Source: Fistulifera solaris (taxonomy: Eukaryota). From it: a stretch of DNA of 64,000 nucleotides. Of the stretch, positions 57,202-64,000 are shown in pieces (the first letter of the stretch is position 1; the number at the start of each line of letters is the position of its first letter). The notes beneath the pieces were generated by a model. It had not been told where the DNA came from. It saw nothing but the letters and a program-made list of their open reading frames with translations, and searched no databases. The position numbers and the translations under genes are program-made. The stretch is taken from positions 806,001 to 870,000 of the forward strand of contig AP026130.1 of the NCBI GenBank assembly GCA_030295235.1, given 5' to 3'.

Positions 57202-58604
57202 TTAGGTTGTCGAAGTTATTTCTTCCTTATTCCCAACCGTTGTATCAAAATCGTTGAAAAATTCTTCCACCATGTTCTCGTCCGAAACAATTAAAAGAGT
57301 AGCCAACCGAGAGACGGTCAGCTTCAGCGATGTCACAAAATACTCTTTCTCTGTTTGCGAGGCGGTCTCAAAAATCCATGAATTTTCCAAAGTTTTAATT
57401 TGTACACATCTCTCTCGTTTCGCGAATGGAAACAACTTGCGATCTATGGATGTCACATTCAGGATCCGTTTGATATCTAAAAGATCGATCGAATCCAGCA
57501 TGTCGTTGTGCTGTACAGAACTCCAACTCGTTCGATGGTGCTTCTTACACCAAACGAGTCGGGGAGCAAGCATGTTACTATGAAGAAATTGACCCCGCTC
57601 GATCCATAACGACACAGCCTGGGATTCCCGTCTTGTAGAGTCATGAAGAACAAAGGTATGTCTTGCGTTCAAAAAGGTTTGAACGGCCCATTTAGCATTA
57701 TGAACCAATCTCTCGCACATTTCAGGTACCGAATCAACCTGAGTGGCTTTCAAGGTGCTTGTTACAGTCGTCCTGTTTTTGGCGAAATCTTCGGGGTCAC
57801 TATCATAATCGTTAACGTCACGTCTATAACGCACGACCGCTGGTGACTGCTGGTTGTTGTTTTCATTCAAAATGCGGTCGCAGTCCAAAGAAGTCAGCCA
57901 GTTATTCGGCTTGACTGGTTTATTTGTTGCAGTAAAGTTGTCATTCTGTACAGCGGAAAACGAGCGTGTCTTCTTCAAAAGATCCCTTCTTTACCGTCTG
58001 ATTCATCAAAAGGATAGAGTTTGTGTCGCAATGACTCCAGCCTTTGATTCCGAGCCGAAACGTTCAATCTTCTGTGGCGAATCGTTGACTGACCATGATT
58101 TCGTTTTGTCGTGTTCGGTGGGGAATCATTACAACCCGATTTGTTTTCGGTGTTAGAGACAAAGTCAAACTGCTGCCAAGCACCACACAGCGCATCGAGG
58201 TTCACAGTCAAGCCCCATAACGAATCAATGCGATTATCATGCAAAGCGGTTTCTTGACACCAGTTCAAACTATCCTTCCCTTCCACATTCGAGTCTATGG
58301 GCACACCACCACATAAAGTCATTCGTTGCGACGAATCTCGTAACGGACTTTCTGAATCGAAGTCCGCGTTGGTGGGAAACAGGTCGTCGTCCAGCAGAGC
58401 TGTATCACTGCGATAGACTAGACAATTTTTGCAAGACGCAGGACTGTGCAAGGTCACTTCCGCCCCATCGTCACTCATGAATATGGTGGTGGTGGAAGTG
58501 GGTGACACTTTCGGAGAGGCTTTTGAACTGTCTGTGCCGAGGAGGGGAGTACCAGCAGCATTGCCACGGGATGACGATGGTCGTCGTCGTCTACTCAACC
58601 GCAT
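57202..58604 (-). CDS. Hypothetical protein with C-terminal PH-like domain
   Basis: SIDLLDIKRI...FPFAK...IFETASQTEKEYFVTSLK pattern; two ORFs joined by a frameshift near 57980-58000. Confidence 0.5.
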
Positions 58605-59101
58605 CGTGATGAGCAAATACTACAGAAGAACTTTGTCATCAACAACTTTGAAAGAGACGATCATGAACAGAAACGTCTCTTCTTTCCTTTGTGAAGCTCA
58701 TGATGCTTGACATCAAGAAAAACATACAGAACGCCCCCTGCGAGAATGGCTGTTTCAAGTTTCAAAACAGGTTATTAATTTATTCAGCATGAATATTGAA
58801 TAAACACACAAGACTACTTTGTGTCATGGATTGAAACTGGAACTATCAAACAAATGTACTTCGAACATCGTTCCTTTGTGACTTTTGAAATATAGTATGG
58901 AGCACAAAGTGGTGAACGGTGCTTTCACGTGCTGAATACTTTATCGGGACTCGAAAAGAAATTAATCACGTTGCCACCAGAATTCTCTTTTCTTCTTCGA
59001 CACAAACGCACGATGATGCAGGACGGCAAATAAATTGGAAGGAACTTGCGACGACGACAACAACATCATACCCTTCCAGAAGCTAAAAGTGCGAGACGAA
59101 C

Positions 59102-60354
59102 ATGAAGAAGAACTTTATCGAGAAACTGGTACAGAATCGATTTCAATCCAAGGCAAAAATTCGTCGCATCTTAGACGAGGCCAAATCGTCCAGCGCTCAG
59201 AAACCTCTGCCTCGCTATATTACGGGCACTCGCAATGGAGTATTTTATCGCATCAAAGTTCCTCCCCCGAAAAGTATATTGCCCGATATTCCCAAGCTAC
59301 CGTCGTCTCGGCCGGCCCCTAAAAGTTTCAAGCAAGTGAAAGCAGAGCCCGAGGTGAAAAACGAGCAAGTGAGCGATGTCATTGCCCAGTTGAGTTTATG
59401 GCTCAAAAGAATTGGTCCGTTTTACTCTTCAATTGTGGCTCGGTCTGTACTCTGATAGGATACACACGGTCCGATGTCTTGGAGCTGCGAATGTTCGCCA
59501 TTGCGGGCACTTTGAGTGGTCTCATTTACAGTATTGTGGAAATTCGAAAATTTCCCCCCATGGTATGGGGCTGTCTGTTTGCGGGAATCAACGGATACAA
59601 AATCTTTGAAATTTTGAGAGAACGCAATGCGAGCGTGCATCTTTCGGCGAGCCAGGAAGAAGTTTATGTCAAGCACTTTCTTCCGCATGGTGTCACCCCG
59701 AAACAATTTGAAGCCATCGATCAGGCGGCCACGACCATGAAATTCAAAGAAGGAGAAATCATTGTCAAACAAGGCGAAAAGCATCGCTATGTCTATTTGG
59801 TTGTAACAGGAAGTACAAAAGCTAGTGCATTAGGGCGGTATATGACAGCCGCTTCGGTGAAGCCGGAGCATCATGAAAAGGAGGGTGGGGCCAGTGGGGC
59901 ATGGATTGGTGAAATGGCCATGTTGGAGTTTTTGTGGAGGAAACAAGGGGGCGGTAAAGACGAGGATTCTGCGGAACAATCTGAACAGCTGGATTCTGAC
60001 GATAGGAAACTGCCGAAGCCGGCTCCACTGAAATCGGATCGCAATATGTTCACCATCATTGCCAAAGAGGACTGTACTCTTCTTCGATGGACTTTTGACG
60101 AAATGGAACATCTAATGGAGCGCTCAACCGACATGAGATCCGCTTTGACAAGGGCGATGGCATCTGCCATTGTTGGCAAAGTAATAAACTTTACGGTTAG
60201 TCGTTCGCGGCGCCATCCATGGTCAGCATGGTTGGGTGACTGGAACAATACGGATGGAGCTAGAGTGTTTGTGGACGAGTCGGATTCATCGGCGGACGAA
60301 GATGCATCACCAACAGAGCAACTACCATCTCCCGTTATTAAGAAATTCGCTTGA
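59102..60354 (+). CDS. Popeye-domain (POPDC-like) membrane protein with cyclic-nucleotide-binding fold
   Basis: Three TMs with DVLELR and WGCLFAGIN; EEVYVKHFLPHGVTPKQF; IVKQGE, YLVVTG, WIGEM; frameshift ~59390; start uncertain. Confidence 0.72.
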
Positions 60355-60393
60355 TCTACTGTTTAAATTTTTATTTCTCTTACAAATGTACAA

Positions 60394-62243
60394 TTAGTTC
60401 CTTTGACAACACTCACACGCCACGCTGACATCAAAATCAGCCCATTTTCCTTCACGTTGGATTCGAAGCGTCTCTCGCAAATCTACAATCTCTTTGGAGC
60501 AGCACTTGGTTCCCTTAAGTTCCAGGCATTTGATAAGACCAACCAGCGCCCAAGGATTTTTCGGATGTAACTTTAAATCATCACGGAATACACTTTCGGA
60601 CTCGTCGACATGACCTTGTTCTAAAAGCAAACCGCCAAGGGCATGGCGTATCGGCTGCATTTTCCCCCAAGGTTCGTCGTAGTTCAACTTGTCTTGCATG
60701 TCCACTGCTTTTCTCAACAGGTCGAACGCCATTTCGTAATTCCCTTCTCGGTAAGCTATTTCACCGCGTAGCATGACGGAATCCACAGCCAAAAGGTCTT
60801 TAACTGTATTATTGTGTAGAATGCGAAACTCAGCGTCGGGGTCCTTACGTAGTTCGTCAAAATGGTCTGCCTCGGATTTCGCCTCCTCCACGGAACCCAA
60901 AGCAGCCAAAGCAAGACCGCGTGCAAAGCGGATAGAGGCTGCCCGAAACAGCATCAGCCGCGGATCTTTCGGCAGTTCTACCTCGAGCAGTTCTCTCCAA
61001 CGACCGAATCGAATCATGACATGAATTTCCAAAGCAGAATACGTTTCCAGGTACGACGTAAGATATGGAAATTCCCCGAACATCTCTTCATTTACCAATA
61101 CATTCAATTCTTTCGCCACCTCCATGCCTTTCCCCTCCATTCCTCCAAGAATAGCTCCGTAGACGGCCATATGATAATCATGAACGACGTATCCAAAATA
61201 GAAGCTCTCTTTGCCAGCAGTGGAAGGACTGATTTTCATAGCAAACTGGTCGGCCTGGATTGCGAGACAATTGTATTCGACACAGGACTCATAGTCTCCC
61301 ACCAAAACATCAATGTGCGTTGGCATATGTATCAGGTGCCCAGCATGGGGAAATCCGCTCGCAAATGACTACAAGCTTCCAAAGCCAAAGCAGGATGAGC
61401 CGACATCTCCGACAGATGAACGTACATATGACACAAGCCAGCGTGCTGTGGGTGAATTGTAAGAGCCCGCTCTAGTACGGCGCGGACTTCCACAGTATCC
61501 GGACTGTAGGGCTTGCCAGATGGAAATTCATAGAGGTTCCATGCATTTAACACCATCAACGATTCCGCCAGACAATATGCTATCTCGGGGTCCTCCGGAT
61601 ACTTCTCGTACACTTTTCTCATTGCATTCGCATAGGGTCGTCCTACAATGTCTTCACTCAGACCCGAGTCAACACCCGGAACACATGTTAGTACACGAAT
61701 GGCGGTCAGTAGTTGCGCTTCTGCATCCGAAACCAACGTCGGTCGCTCATCATCGTCATCGCGATTACTCTTTTCTTCTTCCTTATTTGACGTCCCTGTC
61801 TTCTTTCCCTTTTTTCCTTTGCCTTTCTTTCCACCTCCGCTACTCTTCCCTCGGTGCAACTTTCGTAATTCTTCAATCTTTTCCACCGCTAACCTACTGT
61901 GGCGATCTGCAACTTGTTGACTGGGAAAAATGCACAACAAATCATGCTGAGTGATGTCTTCCAAATGATTGGTTGACTCGTAATAGGCTTCGCCTTTGAA
62001 ATTATAATTCGGAGAGTGACATAGGGCGATAAAGCCATGCGCCAGAACACAGTAGGGACTCAAAGCCAAACAAGACAAGAACGCTTTGGATGCCATCTCG
62101 TGTTGATAGCTCAACATCAATCGCAATCCCAAATCAAAAAATGCCCGCGCTTCTGCATTATGATCGATATTGGAAACATTCCGTCGCTGATACGTTCCTA
62201 AATTGAAAGCCTCTCGCGCTTCTTGATGAATGGGCGAGAGCAT
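60394..62243 (-). CDS. TPR-repeat protein of the bacterial/fungal 'HL.HMP.HI' type
   Basis: AFFDLGL..YQHE, HAGLCHMYVHLSEMS, GHLIHMPTHI, YDEPWGKMQPIRHALG, HPKNPWAL; frameshift ~61348. Confidence 0.75.
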
Positions 62244-62861
62244 GTTGTCTCCTTCCAGTTGCTGATGTTGCGACGGTTCTACGCCCTGTTGGATTTGCGA
62301 TTATAGATAAGAAACATAGCCCCAACTTTCCTTTTGATCCAAATGAGTCAGTCATACAAATCTTACCTGATAATGCCAAATCGGCAATTTGTGCTCCGGA
62401 ATACGATTCGTATATTCCGAAGAGACTTCTTCGATCATCTTTTGATTATTTCTGTGATTGTTGTTCGACTGACGTACGACTGCGTTTTTCAACACGACGC
62501 TTTGATTCCTCTTAGACGAGTCCTCTTTTGAACCAATCGATCGCACTTGTCAATTTTTTAATAATGAGAAGTGCTTGCAAAAAAGACGCAAATGATTGAA
62601 CGACAACATGATGCGCAACAAAACGCAAAAGCTTTTGTTAACCTTATGGCCGAGGCATTTATTCGCGAACGCGCGTGAAGCGAAAGATACCAGGACAGAT
62701 GAGCAGACGAAAGTGAGTCCCGTTCTCTCTGGACTGGATAAATAGCGCTGCGCAGCAGAGCGCAATAAAAAACACGCAAATAGTGCAAGCGTTATTGGAA
62801 AAGTTGCAACAGTTTCAAAGGCTTCCAGCATTATTACTAACATCTTTTGCCCATAAGACAC

Positions 62862-64000
62862 ATGACAAGCGAGGAAACGAGTCCAACAAAGAGGATTCTT
62901 CGCCGGCGGCGGCACTCCCCCTCCAAACGGTTCAGTCCGTGGCGACAGCCGAAAGATGCACGCGATCCAGAATCCGCCGCCTCGCTGAGTTGGTCGTCGA
63001 GCCGTCCTCATCCGGCGACGAATCATCCTCCCACGAAATCAACCAAACAAAAGTCGACGCGCAAACTGTTTCAAGAATTCATCTTGGTACAAATCCCCCC
63101 TCAATGTCACGGCTGATTTGGGTGTCGCTATTCGGAGGACCCGCCAGAAACGCATCAAGGGATTGTTGAAAGCCTTTCCGCAGCTGAATCAGCAAAAGTC
63201 CACCACCGACGATCCGCCGATGGAGGATGGGGTCAAGGGGGATTTGACGCAAGACAAGAGTGAAGAAGAAAGTAAGGCGCAAAACAAGAAGAAGAAGAAA
63301 AAGAGGAATCAACCGCAGCCGGGGGATTTTGGAAACATTGTGGATTATTTGGAAGCCAAGTATGTGCAAGGTGTCATGGTCGACGATTCCGGATCCGAGG
63401 ACGATAATGAGGAAGGTCAGGGGTCGGTCTATTCCGAGACGAGTTTTCTCGACGATACCGATTTGCAGCGAACCGTCGCCGAGCAGGTCCTGGCGCAAAC
63501 GACAACGACCAAGCTAGAACTCCGTGATGATGGCGAATTCTTTGTCAATGTTGGTGAGCTGGAGATTGAAGAAACCGATTTAACCAAAGATGAATATGAT
63601 CCACTACAAGATACCAAGACGAAGTCTCCCAAACGAAAACGCAAGGACGCGGAGATAGACAAGGAAGAAAACGCAAAGAAGAAAAAAGAAAGTCAAGCCT
63701 GAACTTGCGGACAAGAAAGGAAAAGCGGTGCCTACATCTACCAAGAGCGCCAAAGCTAGTACTTCCGAGGAGTCGCAGAAGCCCGACACGGCAAAGACAG
63801 GGTCATCGAAGGATACTCAGAAGAAGAGCAAAGAGTGCAAGAAAATCTACGAAAATCTGTACCAAAAACTGGTCGAAATGATCAAGAAAGCCTCACCGGA
63901 AGAATTGCCGAAACGAAAAACCAAAGATAAGGTCTCCATCAAATGCCCCGATGATAAGAAACCAGGAGACACTGTTATTTTCGCCAACCCCCATGTGCGC
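62862..64000 (+). CDS. HPC2/ubinuclein-like HIRA-complex subunit (HUN domain), 3'-truncated
   Basis: IVDYLEAKY, Y.ETSFLDDTDL, FFVNVGELE; frameshifts ~63098 and ~63685. Confidence 0.7.

Noticed and set aside
7929..60354. Functional clustering of sAC with the Popeye gene, or of the chromatin genes
   Set aside because: Separated by tens of kb and many unrelated genes

Overview
Gene-dense eukaryotic nuclear DNA with about 30 protein genes and short GT-AG introns (mostly 60-90 nt). It is most likely a diatom or related stramenopile; this is inferred from an RsmG with a signal peptide plus 'NAF' bipartite plastid-type leader, an HSF, and the general gene repertoire. Recognisable genes include SCO1, an SLC35/TPT transporter, MMS19, a sulfotransferase, a very large soluble adenylyl cyclase/STAND NTPase, a dsRBD-like/PPR-like protein, ABHD11, RPS13, RPS4, RPS12, a MYST HAT, a FYVE-lipase-FYVE protein, RsmG, an aminopropyltransferase, MgtE, EF-Ts, an MHS-type MFS, HSF, TRAPPC10, PEX22-like, RanBP1, USP-Tudor, cyclophilin, TSR1, a Popeye-domain protein, a TPR protein and HPC2/ubinuclein. 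About 30 single-base frameshifts, nearly all in homopolymer runs and including essential genes, are best read as consensus errors. The most unusual structures are: (1) a dispersed family of ~51-52-bp tandem arrays built on the palindrome CCAGAAATTCTGG, keeping their period despite different spacers, plus a 33-bp variant; (2) a second ~210-215-bp hairpin-bearing repeat family, both families lying upstream of genes, mostly in divergent promoters; (3) a 5-kb cluster of four signal-peptide genes (two paralogous RxL/NPDG membrane proteins, a polyamine aminopropyltransferase and MgtE) that may relate to silica biomineralisation. No tRNA, rRNA, CRISPR array or transposase was recognised. All family calls come from motif recognition by eye, not database searches.
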